A DNA stretch of 64,000 bases. Origin: Endomicrobiales bacterium. Lineage in GTDB: Bacteria > Elusimicrobiota > Endomicrobiia > Endomicrobiales > JALOBY01. The notes below the pieces were generated by a model that saw nothing but the letters and a program-made list of their open reading frames with translations, did no database searches and was not told the origin of the DNA. The DNA lies in NCBI GenBank assembly GCA_963796955.1, contig CAWCNJ010000011.1:1-64000 (forward strand), written 5' to 3'. A program made the position numbers and the translations under genes. Of this stretch, positions 38,652-48,020 are shown one piece after another. Positions within the stretch are counted from its first letter, which is position 1. Each line of letters opens with the position of its first letter.

Positions 38652-39482
38652 CTACTTTCTGGCCGTCAACTTTATACTGGCGATAGACTCTGTTATGCTC
38701 TTAAGATCATTCTTACGCAAGCCTATGTTGCCCATTATGGCGTTCGCTGTTGAGTCATACGACATGTGCTCCATCGGAAAAACCGTCTCGCTTACTATTT
38801 TTTCATCTTTAAAACCGGCGCCGCGCACCGCGGCCCGATAATCATTTTTGAGGATAGCTCCGGCCAGGCAGCCCACATAGTGCTGCAGTGATCCCTGAAT
38901 ATCTTCCGGCAGACCGTTGCGCAGCACGATATCGGCGCACACCAGGCGGCCGCCGGGTCTGAGAACGCGAAAGAGCTCCGCGAAGGCGGCCGGTTTATCT
39001 TTTGAAAGATTTATTGCGCAATTAGAGACCACCACATCAAATGAATTTTCTTTAAGCGGCAGGCTTTCTATCACCCCGGCCTTAAATTCCACATTACCGT
39101 GGCCGCCCTTAACGGCGTTCACCCGCGCCTTCTCCAGTAATACCAGATCGCTTTCTATACCGGTAACGCGGCCCGAATTACCAACGGCCATAGCGGCTAA
39201 AAAACAATCGAGACCGTTGCCGGAACCAAGCACCAGCGCCTGTTCACCCGCTTTTAATTCCGCCAGCACTATCGGATTACCCGCCCCGAAACCGACTCCC
39301 GTTCCCTGCGGCGCCTGTTCAAGACCGGTTTTAGTAAAACTCAGCTTTCTGCTGATGTGGTTCTCAATATCGTTGTCAGCGGAGCAAACATCCGGTGAAT
39401 CACATCCTGCGCAGGAGATATCGGTCTTTCCAAGGTCACCGTATCTTTGTGAAGCCATTTCACCGTTCAATTTTTTTTCCAT
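38652..39482 (-). CDS. arsM: ArsM-like SAM-dependent methyltransferase (variant active site)
   Basis: GxGNP, LGSGNGLDCFLAA, FDVVVSNCAINL, RVLRPGG, VGCLAGAI; ATG at 39482 with SD AGAGGGG. Confidence 0.82.
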   Translation of the reverse strand: MEKKLNGEMASQRYGDLGKTDISCAGCDSPDVCSADNDIENHISRKLSFTKTGLEQAPQGTGVGFGAGNPIVLAELKAGEQALVLGSGNGLDCFLAAMAVGNSGRVTGIESDLVLLEKARVNAVKGGHGNVEFKAGVIESLPLKENSFDVVVSNCAINLSKDKPAAFAELFRVLRPGGRLVCADIVLRNGLPEDIQGSLQHYVGCLAGAILKNDYRAAVRGAGFKDEKIVSETVFPMEHMSYDSTANAIMGNIGLRKNDLKSITESIASIKLTARK

Positions 39483-39496
39483 AGTTTCCCCTCTCT

Positions 39497-39799
39497 TTAT
39501 CCGCAGCAATTGCCGCCGCCTTTGTCTTCACCGCCGCAACAGGGCGCCTTGCCGGTGCCGAACGAACCAATGATCGCCGCCGCGCAGCCAACGCCTGTGC
39601 GCACACTGATAGCATCATAAGCGCAGTTCTTTTTACAGGCGCCGCATTCCATGCAGGCGTCCTTGTCCGTTATGCGGGCCTTATTATTTTCAATAGCGAA
39701 TACTTCATGCGGACACACCTGTACGCATTGTCCGCAGCCGACACATTTTTCATTGTCCAGCGCCAGCGTCGCGACATTTGAAAAATAGCGTAATTTCAT
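39497..39799 (-). CDS. hgcB: Mercury methylation ferredoxin HgcB
   Basis: CVGCGQCVQVCP, CMECGAC, GVGCAAA, C-terminal vicinal CC pairs; overlaps the hgcA stop. Confidence 0.96.
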   Translation of the reverse strand: MKLRYFSNVATLALDNEKCVGCGQCVQVCPHEVFAIENNKARITDKDACMECGACKKNCAYDAISVRTGVGCAAAIIGSFGTGKAPCCGGEDKGGGNCCG

Positions 39800-40779
39800 A
39801 TGAGCCTCCCCAAAAATGAGATCAATTGCAGCAGCGCAGACAATGCCAGTACCCCTATGATGACCGGCAGAGCGAACTTTATCTCCCGGTTCACTCCCGA
39901 GAGAGATGTATAGGTAGAATTACCGGTATAGTTCAACGCGACATAGGCTGATACAGACGCCGAAAATAGTACAGCCGAAACCAGCACCGCTGTGTGCCAT
40001 ATATGGCCGTTCACCGCCACTATGCAGGCCGCCGTTATCGCCCCGGCGATCGCTCCTTTAATGGAAAAGGCACGCCCCGGCAGCCAGGGCAGCAGCGCCG
40101 CGGTAAACACCGAACCGGCAAGGATGCCGGACCACAAAACCGTAATAAGCATACCGGCGGGCGTAAATCCAAACAAGCCTGCGGCGATAAGAACAGCCGT
40201 TATCAACAGACCAGGTTTCAGAGTATGAACCATCTCCATCCATGACACCTCAAGCCGCTCATACAGATCAAATGTCACCTTTCTCATTTCCGGCGTCGCC
40301 TTCATGCCGGCAGCAAGATACGCCTTTATATCACGCGCCCGCACAGGGCCGAACTTTACATTAAAACCGCTGAAAGCCTTCACCATGTGGCCGGCGACGC
40401 CCGGCGCACCCAGCTGCGGCACTATCAGCGTGCGCGTTTCAATTAATTTTTCCAGTTCAGTAAGGCCAAGCCTTCGTACTATCTCCATCGTGCCGAACGT
40501 ACCCTTACCGGCGGCACACCAGACGTTCACGCCCTTGGTGTCTATCACCAGTATCCACACATTCAGCCCTTCCAGTTCTCTGCGCAATACGTCGAAGGAA
40601 AGTTTGTAGTTCGCCGAAACCAGCACCGGCGATTTAACATCAGGAGAACCGACAGCGTACAGCCCCGGTTCCACTTTATATTTCATGCGCCCTATATCCA
40701 GCCGCATTTTCCAGGCGCCGATATAGTCTGCCGCCTTCCATTTAGTTGAAACAACAGGCACATCCTCTAATTTATTCAC
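39796..40779 (-). CDS. hgcA: Mercury methylation corrinoid protein HgcA
   Basis: Cap-helix motif NVWCAAGK, ANYKLSFD, PQLGAPG, GPVRA, C-terminal TM domain with TGNSTYTSLSGV; GTG start at 40779 with SD GGAGG. Confidence 0.97.
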   Translation of the reverse strand: MNKLEDVPVVSTKWKAADYIGAWKMRLDIGRMKYKVEPGLYAVGSPDVKSPVLVSANYKLSFDVLRRELEGLNVWILVIDTKGVNVWCAAGKGTFGTMEIVRRLGLTELEKLIETRTLIVPQLGAPGVAGHMVKAFSGFNVKFGPVRARDIKAYLAAGMKATPEMRKVTFDLYERLEVSWMEMVHTLKPGLLITAVLIAAGLFGFTPAGMLITVLWSGILAGSVFTAALLPWLPGRAFSIKGAIAGAITAACIVAVNGHIWHTAVLVSAVLFSASVSAYVALNYTGNSTYTSLSGVNREIKFALPVIIGVLALSALLQLISFLGRLI

Positions 40780-41143
40780 AGCAGCCTCCACTTGAAACGG
40801 CACATAATGACTTTTTCCTCTGTGCAAGCCGCATTTTCAGTCTTCTACGATCTTCAGCCAGCGCGGCATTTCCCATTGCGGCAAGAGAAGCCTCTACCAC
40901 TTTGGCCATCGCGTTGTTTTCAGCCGTAAGGGTATAGAACACAAAACGCCCAAGGCGCTGTTCCCGCACAAGTCCCGCGTGGCGCAGTTCCTTCATATTT
41001 CGCGAAACAGCGTATTGCGGGATTTTCAGCGCATCCACGATCTCGCAAATACAAAGCGATGAACCCGCACGGCGCAACACAGCCAAAATACGCAGCCGCG
41101 TTTTATCCGACAAAGATTTAAGAACAGTTACAATACCGTCCAT
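40772..41143 (-). CDS. arsR: ArsR/SmtB-family metalloregulator (HgcR-like)
   Basis: KSLSDKTRLRIL, LCICE (CxC), VSRNMKELRHAGLV, C-terminal CC. Confidence 0.92.
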   Translation of the reverse strand: MDGIVTVLKSLSDKTRLRILAVLRRAGSSLCICEIVDALKIPQYAVSRNMKELRHAGLVREQRLGRFVFYTLTAENNAMAKVVEASLAAMGNAALAEDRRRLKMRLAQRKKSLCAVSSGGCCE

Positions 41144-41155
41144 CTTGAAGCCTCC

Positions 41156-41210
41156 ATGCAAATATGTGCCTATGTGCATATGTTATCAAATACACATGCA
41201 CATGTCAATT
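41156..41210 (-). promoter_or_regulatory. Promoter/operator of the arsR-hgcAB-arsM operon
   Basis: TTGACA-17-TAACAT; imperfect inverted repeat ATATGCACATAGGCACATAT just downstream of -10; further ATGTGCA half-site at -35. Confidence 0.65.
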
Positions 41211-41255
41211 TGCACCAGTGTGTTCACTCAATTTTTGTCGGCAAGAAAGGTACTT

Positions 41256-41675
41256 TCAGAATGGAAAGTTTGCGGCTTTTAACACGCTCAATATTGTGGA
41301 TCTAACTTTTGAGGCGATCTCGATCGCGTTCGTAGCTTCTGACAAATTAACATCTTCATCTTCACCGGGATAACGCGTTGACACCGCAAATGGCGTGAGT
41401 TCTTCCGCAGATTCCAGGGTTTCTGACCAACTTCCCAGAGGAGCGCAAAGTTCCAAAAGAAAGCCAATATTATGGGTGTAAGGAAATTCAATACCTTTAT
41501 AAACAAGATAGGCTTTTAAGTATTTTTCCGCACACTGTTGCGCGTGGTAGGCAACAAGCCTGTGAGGACAATTTTCGAGCAACTTCAGTCCACATTCAGC
41601 AAGGCGCATATCTTCGTCGCCATAAACCAACCACTGTTTGACCTTCCTGATTATATCCTTTTCAGTGCCGCTCAT
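41256..41675 (-). CDS. HEPN-domain protein
   Basis: AYHAQQCAEKYLKA, PYTHNI, STRYPG. Confidence 0.9.
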   Translation of the reverse strand: MSGTEKDIIRKVKQWLVYGDEDMRLAECGLKLLENCPHRLVAYHAQQCAEKYLKAYLVYKGIEFPYTHNIGFLLELCAPLGSWSETLESAEELTPFAVSTRYPGEDEDVNLSEATNAIEIASKVRSTILSVLKAANFPF

Positions 41676-41979
41676 ATAATATCTTCCCTTCTTTAAATGC
41701 CGGCTGGGCGATAGTGCCGGGTATATCTCGATCCCGCTCAAACTCCTCCGGCCTTAATACTATAATATCACGTGCAAAACCCAGACCTTTCAGCGCTCTG
41801 TCCATTGACACAGTTAAAGTCCTGCGCTTTCCGGTAAAATTACATATTACCAGTAAATCGACATCACTACGTGAATCGGCAGTCCCCCTTGCCTGAGAGC
41901 CGAACAAAACGATCCTCTGAGGGTGAAAATTCGAAACAAGCCTTTCAGTTGCTTCTTTAAGCATCTCTTTGTTTACCAT
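41662..41979 (-). CDS. Minimal nucleotidyltransferase (MNT)
   Basis: IVLFGSQARG...SDVDLLV; overlaps the HEPN start. Confidence 0.92.
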   Translation of the reverse strand: MVNKEMLKEATERLVSNFHPQRIVLFGSQARGTADSRSDVDLLVICNFTGKRRTLTVSMDRALKGLGFARDIIVLRPEEFERDRDIPGTIAQPAFKEGKILYERH

Positions 41980-42023
41980 AACGATTCCTTTCCCTTGCTT
42001 ACTAACTCAATTATAGCAAATAA

Positions 42024-42629
42024 TTACCCTATGCGGGCGCCGTAGGAGTGGATTATGGTGATGGCCTGCGAGACGTCCAGGCGGACTTCGTTCAGGTCTA
42101 TGCCGCGGAAATCTACACCGTCTACACGGGCGCCCCTCAGGTCGGCTTTGTGGAGGCGGGCTTTTGAGAGGATCGCGCGGGTAAGGTCAGCGCCGCTCAG
42201 GTCGGCTTTTTGCAGGTCGGCGCCGTAAAGGTCGGCTTCGCGCAGCAAAACGTTACGCAGGTCAAAACCTTCAAGTTTTGCGTGGCGCAGGTTCACGTAA
42301 GACCAGTCGCCTTCAATAATGCTGATACCGCTCAGATCGGCATCCGTGAACTGCGAACCCGTCATTTTACAGAGTTTGAATTTCGCGGAGAACAGGCTTG
42401 CTTTGGCGAATTTACAGTTGGTGAAGGCGCTATGGTCGTGCTCGGAAGCGTTGAGAAAGGCGTTTGAAAGGTTGCAGTCGGAGAATACGCAACCGCGTGT
42501 GCGGGTTTCTTTAAGGTTTACGCGGCGCATATCGCAAGAGATAAAGCGGCAGTTAACGATATTTGTGCCGGACAGGTCGTTGTCCGCGAGTGTTTGCCGA
42601 TCAAAAACCTGCCCTTCCTGAAATTCCAT
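42024..42629 (-). CDS. Pentapeptide-repeat protein
   Basis: Tandem A(D/N)Lxx repeats (ADLYGADLQKADLSGADLT). Confidence 0.92.
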   Translation of the reverse strand: MEFQEGQVFDRQTLADNDLSGTNIVNCRFISCDMRRVNLKETRTRGCVFSDCNLSNAFLNASEHDHSAFTNCKFAKASLFSAKFKLCKMTGSQFTDADLSGISIIEGDWSYVNLRHAKLEGFDLRNVLLREADLYGADLQKADLSGADLTRAILSKARLHKADLRGARVDGVDFRGIDLNEVRLDVSQAITIIHSYGARIG

Positions 42630-42632
42630 TCT

Positions 42633-45600
42633 TTAGATGTAAATTTCTACCACATTGTCCGGGCGGTTCAACAGGGCGTCAAAAGCCTTGCCGCTTATCA
42701 GCGCGCCACCGGAACGGTAGGGGTTCGCGGCGTAACGAAGATCTTTTATCTCTTTGCCGTTAACAACGATACGGTTCGGTGAGTAGGTGTTCTTGGCAAT
42801 GTGATATTTATACGTTACTTTTTTACCGTTCTCTTTTATAGCGAACGTCAGGCCGTCAAGCTTCTTCGGCAGCACCGGGTCTATAAGGATATCATTGAAC
42901 ATCCGCCGTATACCCAGGAAGTTCGTCATAAGCTGATTGATGTAAATGCCGGGGCCGCTGGAATACACACGCCACCCGCCCTTTATGCCCACCTTCAATT
43001 TTTTTATGTCGTCAAAATGCTTCACCGCCTGATAACGGTCGGCGAAATTAGCGTCAGAGCTGGAAAAATATGAGTTGTTCTGCCGCGGCATGGAGGTCTT
43101 GAAGACTTCTTTAAGCGCTATCGGGCATATGGTCAAAAGACCCTTATAGGCGTCCTCGGCCTGGCCGATCATGCACATTGCTTCAATGTAGCGGATATGG
43201 GCGTGCACATACTGCATGCCTATTTCCCTGCCAAAATTCGAAGCGCTTTCGGCGCGTTTAAAGTAAACTTCGACACCACCCTTGTAGGGTATCGGGCGGT
43301 TAACCAGGCGCACGCCGTCCGGGAATAAAAGTTGATCTTTTACGATCTTGTAATGTTCCTCGGCCTGCTGCGGCGTGAACATGGAGCTCGTCATGCCTCT
43401 GGTCATGGGCAGCAGGCGGTACTTAACGCCTGTTTTGCTGTCCCTGGGGTGCAGCATATACTGCGGCGTGGAACCTTTAAAGAAAACAAGACCTGCCACA
43501 ACTTTATCTTTAATAAGTAATTTGTTGAAATCAGCTTTCATGTTCTCACAGAAAGTTTTTATGCCGTCGGCGGCCTTGGCATCGCCGTTAAGCCGGGTAA
43601 CTTTCTCAAAACGCGTCAGCGTCTGGAAGGCCAGTTCCACCGTCCAGGAACTTACCATATGCTCGCGCATTTCGGGGTCTGCCGGCTGCAGGGTGTCTTC
43701 CCAATCGCCGTGCCCGTAATGGTACAGGGATGTTCCCTGCACGCAGCCGGCTTTTATGGCGGCTATCTCTCTGGCCACATGCTGTGCTATGGTCTCTTTC
43801 TTTTCCAGCGGGGCGCAGGTGGTATCGTCAATATAACCGACCTCTTCCTTAAGGATAGAAAAATCGTTGGTAGACTCTATGTATTCGCACAGGGCTTTCA
43901 ACGGCCATACAATAATGTCGCCGTGGCTGTCGGTGGAGCGGATCTTGCCGTAACGGTCGAACATGAACCACTGCGGCCAGTCTCCGGACTTCAGGAACTG
44001 GTTGGCGAAGACCATTTTTACGGTCTCGCGCTGCTGCTTGTAATTGCGCGTAGCGCACAAAAATTCAGTGGGTCCCTGGCAAACGTCACGCAGGCCCCAT
44101 GCGGCGCCGCTGTATTGCTCCAGCCCGTGGGGGCTGGTAAAATGTATCATGGCGTTGTGAATGTACCAGGGCAGGATATCGTTGAGCTTAGAGATGCCTT
44201 CTTCTTTATGTTTAAGCTCGGCGCCGTTGCTTAACGACGTCCAGAAAGCGGCGGCCTCTTTTTTCGCGTCATCGTATTTTTCTATCGAGCGGTTGAATTT
44301 ATCGGCCAGGGCCGCGGCAGCCGAACCCTTAAGCACATTACCGGTTATCGCAAGAGAGAATTTAGCGACGGGGTTCGTGCGTATAACGGCAAACGGCCCT
44401 TTGCGGAACTTGCTGTCGGAATACAACAGTTCATCCCCGCCGATCTCGGCGATGTCCTTTTTATCTTTCGTGACAATGAAGAAGCGGGCTTCGGGATAAT
44501 ACTCGTTCAGCAGGCCGCCGTTCGTGGGCACCAGCTCTATTCTGCCCTGTTCAGCGTCGGCTACCACGCGGCCGGCATGGTCCAGGTCGTTATTGCCCAG
44601 CACCAGGCTGTTCGTGATCAAAAATTCGTGCGCCCCGGAGGCTTCTATCTCTAAGAAGCAGGCGGGATCGTTTATTGAAGCCCAGGCTTTCACGACGATA
44701 TTCTCGCCGTTCTCGCCCTGATATATCCAGCGCGCGTTGTTTACGCCCATTTCAAAAAGCGAAGGTACGCCGAGCAATTCCCAGCCGCGGGCCGTTTTTA
44801 TAAAAATACGCTGACCGCTGGAACGGTGCAGGTTCAGATTACTGCGCGAAAAGGAAAGCGCCTTATTGAAATTGGTATTGCCGATAACGACATGGGAATT
44901 GAAAGCGCCGTACATCCAGGCGGTGGTGGCAAGCGTATCGTCGCTGGGCATAATACTTTTGCCGGAACGCATAATGTGGCCGTGCGGCCGTTCCGATACC
45001 AGCTCTTTGGCGCGCAGCACCACATGCGTATCGCGGCCGCAGAAGAACGAAAGGCCTTTTTCCTCGTGACGGCGCTCGGAACCCACATATTTTGTGACTT
45101 CCGCAGGGGTAAGATCCCTGCTGTTGAAAAGGCGTGATGTGTCAAAAAGAGAGGCCGAGCCGAAGGCCGCGGGCGGCATTATCGACAGCCGGTCGCTTAA
45201 GTTCGCCCAGGCATCATGGGTCCTGGTAAGGTTTTCCAGATCTTTCGGGCCGTTAGCCGCGGCGTGGTCGTCGCTATAGGAAGCGAAAAACACCTGGCGC
45301 AGCGATTTACCGGGCGCTAAACTTACTTTTGGTGCTTGCAGGGTGGGCATGGCGAATTCATACTGCATGCGCTCATTTGGCAGGTCCGGACGGGTAAGGG
45401 CTGCCGGTATACCGGTGGCTTTATGTTCTAAACCGTAGAACTGAAAGCCGTCGGTCAAATAACCGACCGCCTTTTCAAGACAGCCGTGCATTATCCAGGG
45501 AAATCCCCTATCCTGCTTCTGGCCCTGGCGGCTGTAGATAATATAGCCGTGTTTCGGGTGCTTAAGGGGTTCGTGGTCAATATATTGGCTGGCATACGCT

Positions 45601-46049
45601 TCATTGCTGCGGACCATGCCGAAAGAGCCCAGGCCCAGGTCCTGCGAAAATATAATATCCACACTCTCCGGCGTAGTGCCGATGTTCTTTACATCGACGC
45701 ACCAGAACCATTTGTCTTCGGTCTCGGAAAGGGTAAGCGCGCAGCTATATGAAAGGTTCTTATTTTTCCCCTTCCATAGGGCGAGTTTTTTATTGCAGCA
45801 GAAAGTTGAATGGGAGCGGGGGCCCATGACCGGGAAAGAACAGATAGTTTTACCGTGCACGCGCACGTAGATATTGCTTAAGGCGCTCTCAACGGGGCTG
45901 GCCATCAGCTGGTTGATAAGCACGTTGCCTTTAACTATTGAAAAAACCGAACCGTTCTCCAGAAAGCTGATCTTGAGGTCATTCTTGTTAGACAATACCG
46001 CGGCTGCGATACTGTTTTTATCCACAAAATCAAATGACGCGGTGCCCAT
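42633..46049 (-). CDS. GH94 glycoside phosphorylase, resembling 1,2-beta-oligoglucan phosphorylase
   Basis: PHGLEQYSGAAWGLRDVCQGP, WPQWFMFD, GDWEDTLQP, FGREIGMQYVHAH, GWRVYSSGPG. Confidence 0.8.
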   Translation of the reverse strand: MGTASFDFVDKNSIAAAVLSNKNDLKISFLENGSVFSIVKGNVLINQLMASPVESALSNIYVRVHGKTICSFPVMGPRSHSTFCCNKKLALWKGKNKNLSYSCALTLSETEDKWFWCVDVKNIGTTPESVDIIFSQDLGLGSFGMVRSNEAYASQYIDHEPLKHPKHGYIIYSRQGQKQDRGFPWIMHGCLEKAVGYLTDGFQFYGLEHKATGIPAALTRPDLPNERMQYEFAMPTLQAPKVSLAPGKSLRQVFFASYSDDHAAANGPKDLENLTRTHDAWANLSDRLSIMPPAAFGSASLFDTSRLFNSRDLTPAEVTKYVGSERRHEEKGLSFFCGRDTHVVLRAKELVSERPHGHIMRSGKSIMPSDDTLATTAWMYGAFNSHVVIGNTNFNKALSFSRSNLNLHRSSGQRIFIKTARGWELLGVPSLFEMGVNNARWIYQGENGENIVVKAWASINDPACFLEIEASGAHEFLITNSLVLGNNDLDHAGRVVADAEQGRIELVPTNGGLLNEYYPEARFFIVTKDKKDIAEIGGDELLYSDSKFRKGPFAVIRTNPVAKFSLAITGNVLKGSAAAALADKFNRSIEKYDDAKKEAAAFWTSLSNGAELKHKEEGISKLNDILPWYIHNAMIHFTSPHGLEQYSGAAWGLRDVCQGPTEFLCATRNYKQQRETVKMVFANQFLKSGDWPQWFMFDRYGKIRSTDSHGDIIVWPLKALCEYIESTNDFSILKEEVGYIDDTTCAPLEKKETIAQHVAREIAAIKAGCVQGTSLYHYGHGDWEDTLQPADPEMREHMVSSWTVELAFQTLTRFEKVTRLNGDAKAADGIKTFCENMKADFNKLLIKDKVVAGLVFFKGSTPQYMLHPRDSKTGVKYRLLPMTRGMTSSMFTPQQAEEHYKIVKDQLLFPDGVRLVNRPIPYKGGVEVYFKRAESASNFGREIGMQYVHAHIRYIEAMCMIGQAEDAYKGLLTICPIALKEVFKTSMPRQNNSYFSSSDANFADRYQAVKHFDDIKKLKVGIKGGWRVYSSGPGIYINQLMTNFLGIRRMFNDILIDPVLPKKLDGLTFAIKENGKKVTYKYHIAKNTYSPNRIVVNGKEIKDLRYAANPYRSGGALISGKAFDALLNRPDNVVEIYI

Positions 46050-46132
46050 AGGAAAACTGCCTCCTGAACTCAAAAATTCGGATTATCGGATTTATCCCGC
46101 TTATTGTACTATGTATTGCCTTTGTAGTCAAA

Positions 46133-47116
46133 TCAGGAGGGGTTGGGGTTGGTGAAATGTTTAAGAAGGCACATGGCGCGTGCTACGCCATATACAAGAT
46201 AGAGTACGCTCAGGCCGAAGGCGTATTGGTAGCCGGAGCCGTTCAGGCTGCGCAGGGCAACGGCTGCCGGCAGGCAGGCCATGGCGAGTAAAGAAACCCA
46301 CAGAGGTACATATAAGCCGTAAAGCACGGCAATTATCAGGCCGGCGGCGAGAGCCGCGAAAGCGCCAACGAAAAAAAACGCGAAAAGCACGACCTTCAGG
46401 TTTTTAAGCGCCCGACCGGACTTAAGGAACAGCCTGAAAACATCGCGCCCGTGCCAGAGCTCTTTTTTAAAAAATGATATCAGCGTCTGCGGCGTTCCCA
46501 GATGGACAACCTCTATCCCGGGATCGGAAAATATGGTGTAGCCGAGCGCCCGGATCCTGAAACAGAGGTCGCTATCTTCATCCGAGGTTATATTTTCGTC
46601 GAAGCCGCCGACTTCGTTGAAGGCCGCGTGCGTAACGAACATATTGCCCGAGGGCAGCCAGGCAACCTCGCCCAATACCGGTTTGTTGGTCACGGAATTG
46701 TTCCAGGCGCGACCCACCCAGGTGGAATCTTCCGGAATGCGGTAGGCGCACCCGGTAACCACACGCCGTAAACCGTCGAAAGCGGCCACACCGCGGTTCA
46801 GCCACTGCGCGGCGACGATGCAATCTGAGTCAAGAAAAGCCAGTATCCTGCCGGCCGCCAGACGCGCGGCCGCGTTCCGTACGGCGCATATCCCCTCGCC
46901 GGGCAAAGAAAATATCTTCAGGGTGAATGCTTCCGCAAAATTCGCGGCAAGCTGAAGGGTGTTGTCCGTTGAGCCGTTATCCATCAAAATAACTTCGAAA
47001 TCTTCCCGCGCACATTCAAGCCGCGCCAGGGCGGCAAAGCATTTTTCTATATATTTTTCGCCGTTCAATACGGGAATTATGATGGAGACTTCAGGTGTTT
47101 TGGCCGGCATATTCAC
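46133..47116 (-). CDS. GT2 glycosyltransferase with C-terminal TM helices
   Basis: VSIIIPVLN, DNGSTD, FLDSD, EDSDL. Confidence 0.9.
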   Translation of the reverse strand: MNMPAKTPEVSIIIPVLNGEKYIEKCFAALARLECAREDFEVILMDNGSTDNTLQLAANFAEAFTLKIFSLPGEGICAVRNAAARLAAGRILAFLDSDCIVAAQWLNRGVAAFDGLRRVVTGCAYRIPEDSTWVGRAWNNSVTNKPVLGEVAWLPSGNMFVTHAAFNEVGGFDENITSDEDSDLCFRIRALGYTIFSDPGIEVVHLGTPQTLISFFKKELWHGRDVFRLFLKSGRALKNLKVVLFAFFFVGAFAALAAGLIIAVLYGLYVPLWVSLLAMACLPAAVALRSLNGSGYQYAFGLSVLYLVYGVARAMCLLKHFTNPNPS

Positions 47117-47922
47117 CGTATACCGAAAATGACGCGGTAAATGCTCATGTAAAGATTTTCGCCCATCAGCGAACGCACAAAGCTGCGCACCATCTGCTTG
47201 AACTCCAGCAGCAGAACAAAAAAACCTTCATTCAAAACGATCTGTCTGAATTCCCGGATAGTATAATGGCTGGAGACCAATATCCGCTGCATAAGGAAAC
47301 CGTCGGTCGCCGCGGTATTATAGCCGATATGCGAACTGCAGCCCCCGGTATAGCCCGCCTCTATAGCCAATTTCTTATAATTTTCTCCGTAGCTTCCATT
47401 CGGCAGAGAGACAAAACGGACCTGCGTGGAAAGGTGTTGTTCTATAGCCAGTTTGGAATCTTGTAATTCGCAGGCAACCTGCTCGTCGGAAAGTTGTTTC
47501 AGGAAGGGGTGGGTCTTGGTGTGCGACTGAATGGACATGCCTTCGCGCGCCATCTGCGCGAGCATCTGCCAGGTCATCATGCCCGGCTGGCCTATCCAGT
47601 TAGTGGTTACAAAGAATACCGCGTGAAACCCGTATTGCTTCAACAGAGGGAAAGCGTGGGTAAAGTTGCCTTCATAACCGTCGTCGAAAGAGATGATAAT
47701 GCTCTTTTCGTTGACCCGCCACCGGTCGTGCTCTTTAATGCGCCGTGCCAGGTTGTCCAGCGCTATTGTTTTAAAACCCCGGTCGCTTAAAAATTTCAGC
47801 TGAGCCTCAAAAGCGTCGCTTTTTACGTAATACGTCTCCGCCATAGGGCGAACTCTGCCTTTAAGGGCCGCCTCTTCTTTTGCATCTATGACCTCATGGT
47901 ACATCAAGATCGGAATATTCAT
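47113..47922 (-). CDS. Polysaccharide deacetylase (CE4)
   Basis: ILMYH, ISFDDGY, QSHTKTH, SLPNG. Confidence 0.9.
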   Translation of the reverse strand: MNIPILMYHEVIDAKEEAALKGRVRPMAETYYVKSDAFEAQLKFLSDRGFKTIALDNLARRIKEHDRWRVNEKSIIISFDDGYEGNFTHAFPLLKQYGFHAVFFVTTNWIGQPGMMTWQMLAQMAREGMSIQSHTKTHPFLKQLSDEQVACELQDSKLAIEQHLSTQVRFVSLPNGSYGENYKKLAIEAGYTGGCSSHIGYNTAATDGFLMQRILVSSHYTIREFRQIVLNEGFFVLLLEFKQMVRSFVRSLMGENLYMSIYRVIFGIR

Positions 47923-48020
47923 TACGCCCTCCGCTTGCTCTTTCCTTCGAGCAATTGTAACTTAATGGAGGGCCGGCCCCAATCGCCGGTTTCAATATTT
48001 AACTAACGTTTTCCCACAAA

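Noticed and set aside
39796..40779. CdhE/CFeSP subunit, or a selenocysteine-containing HgcA
   Set aside because: NVWCAAGK plus TM tail plus hgcB indicate HgcA; the catalytic codon is TGT, not TGA
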